Part shown: in pieces, positions 30,145-39,449 of the stretch | How positions within the stretch are numbered: position 1 is the stretch's first letter | Layout: each line of letters starts with the position of its first letter | From: a virus | Taxonomy: Duplodnaviria; Heunggongvirae; Uroviricota; Caudoviricetes | IMG/VR virus record: IMGVR_UViG_3300006143_000285 | DNA length: 64,000 nt | Direction: 5' to 3' (one strand) | The notes under the pieces: model-generated | The model's input: only the letters and a program-made list of their open reading frames with translations | Told to the model about the DNA's origin: nothing | Databases searched by the model: none | Made by a program: the position numbers and the translations under genes

Positions 30145-31803
30145 ATGTTATTTTATCCCTTTGAAGGTTACGAAGGTTTCAAGGAAATCTTTGAACTTCG
30201 GGAACATGGCAATGGTGTTAAGTCAAGAAGAAACCAAATTCTTCTGGCTTACTACAAATCTCCCAAGCTCCTGAAATGGGTCCGTGAGCACAACGACCCC
30301 GAACTCGCTCAAATCAAAACAATGGCACAGTTGAAAACTGTTTGCCTCAATCGTTTAACCAGCTATCGTTTCAATCCAGATGGTGGTATTCTTCGCTTAA
30401 AAGACCGCCACTGGAGAAGTCATCTCTACAAGACGGATTGTATGAACGGCAAAACTGAAGACGGAGATGTGAAATCAATTCGCTATGTCCACCTTGACTC
30501 TGGCAAGGTATATAAGATGAAGGCTGGCAAGATGTATCGTCAGCTCATCCTTGAAACTGAGTTCGGGCAGATGCTCCCCATTCAGGTGGTAACGTGGTTA
30601 TGTGAAGAATTGTCGCTGGAATGGAGTGGCTACAACACAACTTCTGAATATACACTGCATGTAGATGATGACTTCAAGACAATATATGACCGCAGCCGTC
30701 AGAAAGGTGATTTCGGAAGTTGCATGTCAAACAAAGGTCATTGGCCGTTTTACGCAGAAAGCGTGACATGTAAGGCAGCATATCTAACAGACCCTGACGA
30801 TTATATCGTGGCTCGTGCAATCGTCTTTACGGAGGTCACTGATGACGACACTGGCGATACATTCCGCCTTTGTGAGCGTCAATACTCCAGCGAGTGTGAT
30901 GACATGCTGAAACAGATACTCGTCAACAAACTCATCGAAGGTGGTTATATCGACGGCTACAAACGTGTCGGTGCAGACTGTCATAATTCCCGTGGATTCG
31001 TTGACAACAACGGCAATGACCTCAGCGAGTGCTGCTTCTCTATCGAGTGTAATCTTGATTACGACGACACACTGAGTTATCAAGACAGCTTCAAGTGGTA
31101 CAATATGGATGAGAATCGTGCATACAACTATGAGACTGGCTATGATTATAGACTTGACTCGACGGAAGATACTCTCGATGGAGACCGGAACTACGATGAA
31201 TACCACGACCGTTATACTCGCAATGACACTGTTGAAGTCTGCTATGATGGGCGATGGATGTCATGTGATGAAGATGACCTTGATGACTTCATCTGCATAG
31301 ATGATCGCTACTATCACGAAGAAATGGTAAGTTATTGCGACGAATGCGAAGAAGCATACATCGCTGAAAACAAGAACTACTATTCTGAAATCACTGATGG
31401 CGATTACTGCTGCGAAAGTTGTCGTGAAAGAGCGGAACGTGAATACTGCGAAGAAAATCCTGACGAGTATGTCTGGTTTGAAAGCGCAGCAGTCCCTCGT
31501 GATGAAGTCATCTTCTGTGCTCACTGCGGCGAAATGCGTAGAGCAAACGATTACTGTGTTTGCTATTCAGACATCACCGAAGAATACTACTGCGATGACG
31601 ACTGCCGAGAAGCAGCAGAACGCAACTACATCAAAAATAACCCCGATTGTGGTTATGCCATCTGTTCTGAATGTGACGATGTAGAAGAAATCGAAGACAT
31701 GATTCAGAACATCGACGGTTCATACACTTGCAAGGATTGTATGGAAGCTGCCGAGAAATACTCATTCCTTGCAACAAATGCACCTCAAAATGAAACTGTT
31801 TAA
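30145..31803 (+). CDS. large acidic protein with tandem Cys-rich repeats
   Basis: 552 aa. C-terminal half has 5 or more repeats of the Y-C-[DE]-x-C-x-E-A-x-E pattern (YCDECEEAY, CCESCRERAERE, YCDDDCREAAERNY, CKDCMEAAEKY), embedded in D/E/Y-rich sequence. Confidence 0.45.
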   Translation: MLFYPFEGYEGFKEIFELREHGNGVKSRRNQILLAYYKSPKLLKWVREHNDPELAQIKTMAQLKTVCLNRLTSYRFNPDGGILRLKDRHWRSHLYKTDCMNGKTEDGDVKSIRYVHLDSGKVYKMKAGKMYRQLILETEFGQMLPIQVVTWLCEELSLEWSGYNTTSEYTLHVDDDFKTIYDRSRQKGDFGSCMSNKGHWPFYAESVTCKAAYLTDPDDYIVARAIVFTEVTDDDTGDTFRLCERQYSSECDDMLKQILVNKLIEGGYIDGYKRVGADCHNSRGFVDNNGNDLSECCFSIECNLDYDDTLSYQDSFKWYNMDENRAYNYETGYDYRLDSTEDTLDGDRNYDEYHDRYTRNDTVEVCYDGRWMSCDEDDLDDFICIDDRYYHEEMVSYCDECEEAYIAENKNYYSEITDGDYCCESCRERAEREYCEENPDEYVWFESAAVPRDEVIFCAHCGEMRRANDYCVCYSDITEEYYCDDDCREAAERNYIKNNPDCGYAICSECDDVEEIEDMIQNIDGSYTCKDCMEAAEKYSFLATNAPQNETV

Positions 31804-32875
31804 GAAACTTGCAGCGGTATATTCCGGCTCACATGCGGAAGAGCCAATGCGTCAATATATCAAACGTTGGGTTCGCAGTAGTGTCCCTAATGTGACAATC
31901 GAGGAAGATGCAGTAGGCAATCTGTATCTCACGAAAGGTCAGGCTGAAACTTACCCTTGCCTCGCAGCTCACATGGATCAGGTTCAACAGCCTTATCCGA
32001 AAGATTACAAGGTGGTGGAAACTGCCGACATCGTGTTCGGTTATTCTCCATCACAGCGTAAGCAATGCGGTTTGGGTGCTGATGACAAGTGCGGTATCTG
32101 GATTGCTCTTAAAATGTTGAAGCAGCATGAAATTCTCAAAGTCGCATTTTTCATTGCGGAAGAAGTGGGCTGCAAAGGCTCATCTCAAGCAAATATGGAA
32201 TTCTTCTCAGATGTTCGCTTCGTGGTGCAGGCCGACCGTCGTGGTGCACATGACCTCATTACAGACATAGGTTTCTGTGACATTTGCTCTGAAGATTTCG
32301 TTATCGCAACTGAGGCAGAACTCTTCGGATATAAAGAAGAAACTGGAATGATGACAGACGTGGAAGCCCTGAAAGAAAATGGGCTCGGAGTGTCTTGTAT
32401 CAATCTCAGCTGTGGCTACTACGAGCCTCATACTGAGCGTGAGTATGTAGTGAAGCAAGATATGATAAACGCACTCAATTTCGTCAACCACATCATTGAG
32501 AAGTGTGTGGATGTTTATCCTCACGAATTCTCACAATACGACCGTTACGCAGATTACTACTCGTACTATGGTCGTGGTAAATGGCGAAAAAAAAACGGCG
32601 AAGAGCTCGAAGAGGCTAAACTGGAAGAATTCTATGAACAGTATGCAACAGCTCGCGACTATCTCTCTTTTGAGATAGATCAGAATCCGAATCTTTCAGC
32701 CCAAGAATTCATTACTTCATACGGCCAAACGCTGAATCTACTTCGTGTAGAAGACATTGAAGACATCATAGCTGAACTCCAAGACGAGTCGCTGTATGAC
32801 GACGGCTATGATTGGAATAATCAACTTTCATCACACTCAATTCAAACCACAAAGAACAATGGACAAATTAAATAA
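31769..32875 (+). CDS. M42/M28-family metallopeptidase-like protein
   Basis: AHMDQV and GADDKCG motifs match the co-catalytic metal ligands of M42/M28 aminopeptidases. 368 aa. Confidence 0.45.
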   Translation: MQQMHLKMKLFKKLAAVYSGSHAEEPMRQYIKRWVRSSVPNVTIEEDAVGNLYLTKGQAETYPCLAAHMDQVQQPYPKDYKVVETADIVFGYSPSQRKQCGLGADDKCGIWIALKMLKQHEILKVAFFIAEEVGCKGSSQANMEFFSDVRFVVQADRRGAHDLITDIGFCDICSEDFVIATEAELFGYKEETGMMTDVEALKENGLGVSCINLSCGYYEPHTEREYVVKQDMINALNFVNHIIEKCVDVYPHEFSQYDRYADYYSYYGRGKWRKKNGEELEEAKLEEFYEQYATARDYLSFEIDQNPNLSAQEFITSYGQTLNLLRVEDIEDIIAELQDESLYDDGYDWNNQLSSHSIQTTKNNGQIK

Positions 32876-33542
32876 TCTTCTCTCAACATCAGAGCGCATC
32901 CGACTGATGTTTTTCCGTGAATTCGGAGACAAGGCACAGGATGCTATGGACTTCGTTGCTAACAAGAAAGGGGCGTTTGCCTCTTTCAAAACTAAGGATA
33001 CTATCACAGTGTTGCCTGACAACGCTGAAGATGGCGTGTACTTTTGTCTGAATGATGGCACAGCAGTCAAGTATGACGGTCAGGAAACAATGGACAATGT
33101 GGCGCACATTGGACTTGTTCTTGGACACATCAAGTTCGGAGTTACACTTCGTGATAAGGGCCGTTTCAAGTTGTATCGCGACTATGAAAGATGTCCGAGC
33201 TCCGCAGACTATTACACCGATCAAAATGGTAAAAGTTGCCATGAAGAATATGACTTCATCGCTGCCACTGATCGGCTGAAACGTATCGGTACCGACATTC
33301 CCTTGGCAGATGGTGAATACATGCCGCTTGTCCGCCAGTTCGATGTAATGGGAATATTTAAGACCGTCCTTCAGAAAGCACTTCGTGCTGCCGGTGGAGA
33401 GCCTCTTGAGAGTGATGCGTGGTATTGGACAATATCTGAGGGCAGTCGCAACGGCGCATGGAACGTCAACTTCTCGGATGGCAGCACGTACATCAACGTC
33501 AAGTACAACAGGTACCGGGTTCGTGGAGTTGTCGCATTTTGA
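32796..33542 (+). CDS. hypothetical protein
   Basis: 248-aa ORF. Confidence 0.35.
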   Translation: MTTAMIGIINFHHTQFKPQRTMDKLNNLLSTSERIRLMFFREFGDKAQDAMDFVANKKGAFASFKTKDTITVLPDNAEDGVYFCLNDGTAVKYDGQETMDNVAHIGLVLGHIKFGVTLRDKGRFKLYRDYERCPSSADYYTDQNGKSCHEEYDFIAATDRLKRIGTDIPLADGEYMPLVRQFDVMGIFKTVLQKALRAAGGEPLESDAWYWTISEGSRNGAWNVNFSDGSTYINVKYNRYRVRGVVAF

Positions 33543-33879
33543 AATCGGTACGCCCGGCTCCTTCCAGAGCCGGGCTATAATAACCAATAGATATGATAGA
33601 AGAATTTTACAACCAAGAATTCGTATGCGGACAATCAAGTATAACCCGTGGTGAACTTGAAAGTCTTCCATGTCCATTCAACACCATTAGTACCAATGAT
33701 ATAACTATGCAGAAAATCATTGACTGTACCGAAGAATCTACTCGTCATGATCTTAGACTTTCAAAAGATGAAAGAATCAACTTTGAAGATGACAAACATA
33801 ATGAATGCTGGTGGCGAAATCTTGAATACTTCTGCAATTATTTCAAAATTCCATACTACGAAGATGAATAATATATGAT

Positions 33880-34245
33880 ATGTCACATAACATACAGAAA
33901 ACAATAACGATTAATGGTCCAGTCGCAGACTTGGCTTTTATATATCGTTGGGCGCAAAACATAGTAGATTGTTTGGTGTCTATTGAAGGTCATACCACAA
34001 TTCATCACGACCTTAGTGCTCTGGTCGACTTGCTTGGAGGCGATGCCACGCAATTAGTAGATATTCACGGATGGAGTGATATTGATGAAGTTGACTTCGA
34101 TGGTAATCAACTCTACATAGTTGTTATCACGCCTTATGGCAACCTCCGTGATTTGATGACGTGGTTCCGCAAGAGATTTTCCATGTGTGATTTCAAATGT
34201 TGGATTGACGTAAATGGCGAAACAATAGAAAACGAAACAGATTGA
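33880..34245 (+). CDS. hypothetical protein
   Basis: 121-aa ORF. Confidence 0.3.
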   Translation: MSHNIQKTITINGPVADLAFIYRWAQNIVDCLVSIEGHTTIHHDLSALVDLLGGDATQLVDIHGWSDIDEVDFDGNQLYIVVITPYGNLRDLMTWFRKRFSMCDFKCWIDVNGETIENETD

Positions 34246-34713
34246 TATGAACCTTACTGTTACCAATCGAGTCAAGGAGGAATTGACCGTAGGAGCCGTG
34301 AAAGGGGTGGATGTTGCTGGCAGCATCCTACGAGTCTTTTTCTGCAATGAACAAGACTCTTACTCCGCCTTCCAACGAATCAGAAATTTTGGCTTACGTT
34401 GCTGTCATGCAGGAATCAATGCTCCTGATGGCCCGATGGTGATGGTAAGTCATATTCATCAAACAGACTTTAATATCAAATTTCAGTAAACGAAAATGAT
34501 ATGGCAAAACAGAATAAATACCAGTATTTGCGAATTCTACAAGGGCTTTTTGAAGGTGAGTGGGCAGACATAATCGCCTGTGATAAGCACGCCTCTCCAC
34601 AAGAAAAAAGGGCATTTGTTGAAGACGTTAGAAGCTATCGAATGAATGATCCCCGACCATATCGGATCATCTCCCGCAGAATGCCTATCAACGAACAATT
34701 TCACGCATAAATT

Positions 34714-35211
34714 ATGGCAACTCAAATATATCAAACCAACTACAGGGTAGCTGTGGAATGGCTCAATAATGACATGGTGCTTTGCAATAAGCTGCCTGAA
34801 ATAGACTCATCATTATGGGCCAACATGCTACCTGCGATAGACATCACAGCCTCCTCAGAAGCACCCGACGAATGTCCAGAATGTGGGACAATGAAAATTC
34901 GCCCCTATATTGACGATGACGGAGATGAAACTGAAGAGTGGGAATGTGAAAACTGTGGCCACATCTGGAATCCCGATGAAGAGAATGACGATGATGACAT
35001 TGACGAACCTGAAATCTTCCAGTGGCTCATCACCGACTGCTCAGAATCTGATGTCAAATATCTTCGCGAGACATTCGGTCTTCAATTTACATACAGCAAC
35101 TTGCTTGACCGGTACATCCTTTGTGTAACGCATTGGGGTACTGGTTGGGACTATGTAGGTTGGACGACAACTAACCCAAATGCAGAACGTAAACTTGGAG
35201 AACGAAAATGA
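34714..35211 (+). CDS. zinc-ribbon protein with acidic tract
   Basis: CPECG...CENCG ribbon followed by a DEENDDDDIDEPE tract. Confidence 0.35.
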   Translation: MATQIYQTNYRVAVEWLNNDMVLCNKLPEIDSSLWANMLPAIDITASSEAPDECPECGTMKIRPYIDDDGDETEEWECENCGHIWNPDEENDDDDIDEPEIFQWLITDCSESDVKYLRETFGLQFTYSNLLDRYILCVTHWGTGWDYVGWTTTNPNAERKLGERK

Positions 35212-35455
35212 AGATAGCCGTACTTGATTTTAACACCAACAGCGTCGATGTCATTTCTGTGGACGACGAATGGCTGGAGAATGACCTCAGAAACGAATTG
35301 TCCGAGTGGTATGAAGATGACGAATGGGCAAAAGTTGATAAAGACGAGAAACTTTATCTCTTTCTCTTTGATTACTGCGGCTACTCCGATGGAGGCATCG
35401 AATATATGTGTAACTGCGAAAAGGTTCAATATTTAACCCATAAAGATTTTAACTA

Positions 35456-35821
35456 ATGAAGCATACAGACTTCTATCATCTCCTTGAGGCAATTAAAAAG
35501 CACGAGGAAAATGAACTTATCGCTGCCGTAATTGCTCATGGCGGTGAAATAGGATTCAGCTCTGAGGATGCTCCTGTGATATTGGCATCGACCAAACACG
35601 CAGAGTGTGCATCAGACTACAAAGTAGAGAAAGTTACGGTAGAGCGTGTAGATGGTCACGACTGGCTTACGGTATTTGGCGTAGAGAACGAGTATGGTTT
35701 TGATACTGAAATCATCTATGCAGAACCGGGCCACCTAAGCTATATCACCGGTCGCATCCCGGAAACTGTGGCAGTAAGCGATGTATCTATTCCAATCAAC
35801 TTTGGCGGATTTGTTAAATAA
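35456..35821 (+). CDS. hypothetical protein
   Basis: 121-aa ORF. Confidence 0.3.
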   Translation: MKHTDFYHLLEAIKKHEENELIAAVIAHGGEIGFSSEDAPVILASTKHAECASDYKVEKVTVERVDGHDWLTVFGVENEYGFDTEIIYAEPGHLSYITGRIPETVAVSDVSIPINFGGFVK

Positions 35822-35893
35822 CGAATGTTAAAGTCGAGTTTATGGACAACGTAGGACACCAACACCAACTATTCTTCACAAACATCAGCAACA

Positions 35894-36238
35894 ATGCCAT
35901 ATCGCAGTGACAATATACCCATCGCCGGAACAAAACACGATAAGCGAGTTAAGTTGACTCAAGATGAGCGAAATGCTATTATCATTCTCGTTCAGAAAGG
36001 TTACAGTCAACGCAAGCTTGCAGCGATGTTCAGGGTCTCAAGAAGACTCATCCAGCATATAATTAACCCTCAGCCTCGTCCGCCTGCTCCTAAAAGATCA
36101 GCTGAATACTGGGCTGAGGCAAAGAGGAAATATCGGAAACGTAAACAGGAACTATTAAAAACAGGAAAAATCCATGCCCCGAAAAAGAAAACGAGTCCGA
36201 AAGCCTATCCTCGAAAATCCCGCAGAGATAAAGATTGA
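35894..36238 (+). CDS. basic HTH DNA-binding protein upstream of the RT
   Basis: HTH-like segment YSQRKLAAMFRVSRRLIQHI, then a Lys/Arg-rich tail. Confidence 0.35.
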   Translation: MPYRSDNIPIAGTKHDKRVKLTQDERNAIIILVQKGYSQRKLAAMFRVSRRLIQHIINPQPRPPAPKRSAEYWAEAKRKYRKRKQELLKTGKIHAPKKKTSPKAYPRKSRRDKD

Positions 36239-36422
36239 GGACTTTATATCTTCTCTCCTAACATTGAGTGGGCTAAGAAAAAATAGAGACTTTAAAATAG
36301 CCGATTATCAGTTATTTATCTACAAACATCCAATTAGAGGTAAGCTTATAAGCATTTTAAAAGAACTCTACCCACAATATAATTTCTACTGGGAAACCGC
36401 AAGGCTTCTCAGATGGTTTTAA
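36174..36422 (+). CDS. small basic hypothetical protein immediately upstream of the RT
   Basis: 82-aa ORF overlapping the previous gene and ending 17 nt before the RT start. Confidence 0.25.
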   Translation: MPRKRKRVRKPILENPAEIKIEDFISSLLTLSGLRKNRDFKIADYQLFIYKHPIRGKLISILKELYPQYNFYWETARLLRWF

Positions 36423-36438
36423 CCCCGCAAACAGTAAA

Positions 36439-37695
36439 ATGGATTACATCTTAGAAAAATTCTTTGAACCTGAACGATGGATATATGCTATCGAGAAAGG
36501 TGTCGGCAAGAGCATCGCTAAGAGCGAGCTTTATCAGTTGACAAAGCCGGAAACACGAGTTCAGATGTATGAAGCAATCCGTGATGGCCGCTACGAAATA
36601 GCCCCACCGCATACAGCACAAATTCCTAAGGACAATGGAGAATATCGAACCGTGTATATCAATGAACCGGCAGATCGCATACTTCTCAGTATCACAAATG
36701 ACTTGTTGTTTGAACTGATGCCTGAGATGATACACCCACATTGCCAATCATATCAGAAAGGTATTGGCTGTGGGAAAATTGTTCAGGAAGCGTCACGCAA
36801 AATATGTGAAACCCAAGGCGATGTGATTGGCTGGAAAGCTGATTTAAGTAAATATTTTGACAGCGTTCCCCTTCGTTTCATTGATGCGGCTTTTGATTCA
36901 GTAGAAGCAAAGTATGGTCATTCTTCATTGATTGATGTGCTTAGGAAATACTATCATTCTGATTTATACTTCGACACTGATGGGCAACTTAAAAGCGCAT
37001 ATCAATCACTTAAACAGGGCTGTTCAGTCGCCTCGTGGCTTGCTGATGTCATTCTTTATGACATTGATGAAGAATTAGCTAAACTTGATGGCTACGATGT
37101 CAGATATTCAGATGACATTTTGTTCATCGGAACCGATTACGAGGTTGCAATGAATGTGTTGAAAGATAAACTGGCTGAGAAAGAAATGACGCTCAACCCC
37201 AAGAAAGTCGAATACCTTACTCATACCCGATGGTTTAAGTTTCTCGGATATTCCATCAAAGGTTCTGACATTTCATTAAGCGGGACCAGAATTAAGAAAT
37301 TCCAGAAAGAAATCGAGGCTCGCACCATCAAAGCAAAAGGTGCAACACTGAAGAAAGCCATCAACGCTGTCAATCGCTTTCTTTATAAAGGAAATGGAGA
37401 ATATAGCTGGGCCACTCAAATTCTGCCGGTATGCAACGTTAAGAAAGACATTCAGGAACTTAACAAATTTGTGATGGATTGTCTGAAAGCGGTTGCTACA
37501 GGAAAGAAGAAAGTTGGTGGTCTCGGTTATGTCGCCACTCAATCAGAAGGATGTATTTCACGAGGTATAGGACGCAACGTTAAAGCAAATCGCTCTAAGA
37601 TTGTAACAATTGATGGGTATTTAACCATCAATTGTATGCAAAACGCAATGGTTGCCAGTCGTGAAGCGTACAAAACGTTGGTTGCTACTTTATAA
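36439..37695 (+). CDS. reverse transcriptase (group-II-intron-like / retron-like class; not DGR-type by motif 4)
   Basis: RT motifs present: RT0/1 (GRYEIAPPHTAQIPKDNGEYRTVYINEPADRIL), motif 3 (KADLSKYFDSVP), motif 4 (QGCSVASWLADV), motif 5 (RYSDDILFIG, a YxDD box), motif 7 (FKFLGYSI). No maturase X or endonuclease domain. 418 aa. Confidence 0.85.
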   Translation: MDYILEKFFEPERWIYAIEKGVGKSIAKSELYQLTKPETRVQMYEAIRDGRYEIAPPHTAQIPKDNGEYRTVYINEPADRILLSITNDLLFELMPEMIHPHCQSYQKGIGCGKIVQEASRKICETQGDVIGWKADLSKYFDSVPLRFIDAAFDSVEAKYGHSSLIDVLRKYYHSDLYFDTDGQLKSAYQSLKQGCSVASWLADVILYDIDEELAKLDGYDVRYSDDILFIGTDYEVAMNVLKDKLAEKEMTLNPKKVEYLTHTRWFKFLGYSIKGSDISLSGTRIKKFQKEIEARTIKAKGATLKKAINAVNRFLYKGNGEYSWATQILPVCNVKKDIQELNKFVMDCLKAVATGKKKVGGLGYVATQSEGCISRGIGRNVKANRSKIVTIDGYLTINCMQNAMVASREAYKTLVATL

Positions 37696-37699
37696 TAAT

Positions 37700-38990
37700 T
37701 ATCTGAGTGCGCAGTGACGGTAGAATGACAAGTATTTAATAATCCCGTGAACGAACAATGGCGGGATAATATCAACAAATAAAGCAACGCACTACAAGTC
37801 TGACTATCGTCAATAACCGAGTGTACGGAGAGGATGGAAAGAAGCCACCTTCAATTATCTGTCTCTAACCAGAAGACGTCATCGAGGAGTCGTGCCGACT
37901 CCTCTCAGCCGTCTTCTGGTTAGACAGATACATATCAACAATATATAGAACTACACTATGCTTCTAACTATTCTCAAATCTGAGTATGCAGATGATAGTT
38001 GAATGGCCGAGAAATTCAGTCATCCTGAATCCTTATTTTCGAGAGGTCAGCTGGAGAGCCTCCAGCTTTCTCTCGACAACTGTATTCAGGAGTACATCGA
38101 ATAGAATACAGAAACATACAATCGGCATGACAACTATAAGCTGGATGTGCAGCGCGTGATTGGAAATCCCGGTATTTAATGAGCACGAGTATATCTCCTG
38201 TACCGGGACGACTTCTACTTCAGAAGGATTCTGATGTATCAGCGTCCCGGTACAGGATCTCACTCGTAGTCATATCAAAAACATATAGTTACACATAATC
38301 GGAAACACAATCACATCGTCGAGTATGCGATCAACCACATAATATGATGAAGATTTAATGTGATAGCTCCTCCATCATTCGTCGTCATCTCCTAACGGAT
38401 ATGACGACGAATAGTCGGTAGCTTCTCATATCAACTTTATAAAGAAACATACAACCATCATTGAGTGTGGCACTGAAGCACAGCAGATTATTGTTCAATG
38501 ATTACACTTTCAGTCGAACTGTTACATATCGCGGGGGCCCTGCCGGTTATCTGGCCCTACCGTGACATCTTCCCGGCAGGCCCGCCGCGTAATAAACAGT
38601 TCACATCAATCAGATATAGCGATGTGCAAAGTAATTGAGAACAATATAGATAGCGCAAATATGATGATCAAGACAGTAAGATTCATTGTGGGCTGCCACA
38701 CGCAAGGATCTTCTCCAGTCGAATCAACTGGAGCTGATCCTTCAGTATCAGCCCGCACATTGAAAGAGTTAAAGAAATGCGCCATGCTGATGAGATTATC
38801 ATAAAATGTAACGTAACATCGAAATGCAAGAGGTTCTGTTTCATTCATCGGGGCCGGGCACCCTCCCAAGCCCGCAGGACCATTCGGAGGAATCCTCCGA
38901 GGTCCTGCTTTCGCTTGAGGAGGCCTTCGCTTCCCTCGATGACATCATAGAAATACAGAAATACGTCAAGACTTTGAGCATTTCATTTTT
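37700..38990 (+). ncRNA. 1.3-kb ORF-free region downstream of the RT, densely packed with long, nested GC-rich stem-loops (candidate structured RNA or template region)
   Basis: At least 7 strong hairpins, for example: 37855..37928 (20-bp outer stem plus 9-bp inner stem); 38010..38100 (three nested 7-bp stems); 38196..38256; 38374..38412 (12-bp stem attcgtcgtcat/atgacgacgaat); 38530..38590 (cgcggg..cccgcg); 38688..38760 (nested); 38866..38900 (gcaggacc..ggtcctgc with inner tcggagg/cctccga). AT-rich spacers carry recurring CATATC or ATATAG motifs. Confidence 0.4.
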
Positions 38991-38999
38991 AACAACTAT

Positions 39000-39449
39000 A
39001 TGACAAACATCTACAAAGAATCAATCGAAAAGGTTGAGCAAGGCTCCCGATTCAGCGTCAATTTTATAGAACATAGCCTCAAAATTGATGGCAAATACAT
39101 TATCAAGAACGGACAATTTGACGGCTGTCTGGGCATTGAGCCTTCCGACTTTTCTCTCGCTGAGATTGAGCGACTTTATCATCGTTACAATCACAGCATC
39201 CCATCTGCTCGAAGTGATAACAAAAGACGCAATTATTTCCGAGCACTTCCAGAACACGAGCTTGACGATGAAGATATGCTTTACGGAGAGCATCGTGAAA
39301 CCGCTCAGATTGCATTGGAGCTTTATCTTCTCATTGCAATCATCAACCAATCTATCGTATGGGATGAATTTGCTAAGGACAAATGGTTCTGGCAATCTCC
39401 CAACGAACCCTCTCTCATCATTCTTAAAAAATGGATTATCAAACAGTAA
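39000..39449 (+). CDS. hypothetical protein
   Basis: 149-aa ORF. Confidence 0.35.
   Translation: MTNIYKESIEKVEQGSRFSVNFIEHSLKIDGKYIIKNGQFDGCLGIEPSDFSLAEIERLYHRYNHSIPSARSDNKRRNYFRALPEHELDDEDMLYGEHRETAQIALELYLLIAIINQSIVWDEFAKDKWFWQSPNEPSLIILKKWIIKQ

Noticed and set aside
36439-37695. Diversity-generating retroelement (DGR) RT
   Set aside because: Motif 4 is QGxxxSxxLA (group-II or retron style) rather than the DGR-specific [I/L]GxxxSQ. No Avd-like gene sits in the usual place. No TR/VR pair with A-specific mismatches could be recognised by eye near the RT. A computational repeat search would be needed to exclude one fully.
35830-37860. Group II intron carrying the RT as its intron-encoded protein
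   Set aside because: No GUGYG 5' end or domain-V-like GAGC...GTTC hairpin flanks the ORF. The upstream 600 nt encode plausible proteins (an HTH) rather than domains I-III. The RT lacks maturase X and En domains.
37700-38990. CRISPR array
   Set aside because: The hairpins are all different sequences with irregular spacing. There are no identical direct repeats of 25..40 bp separated by unique spacers.
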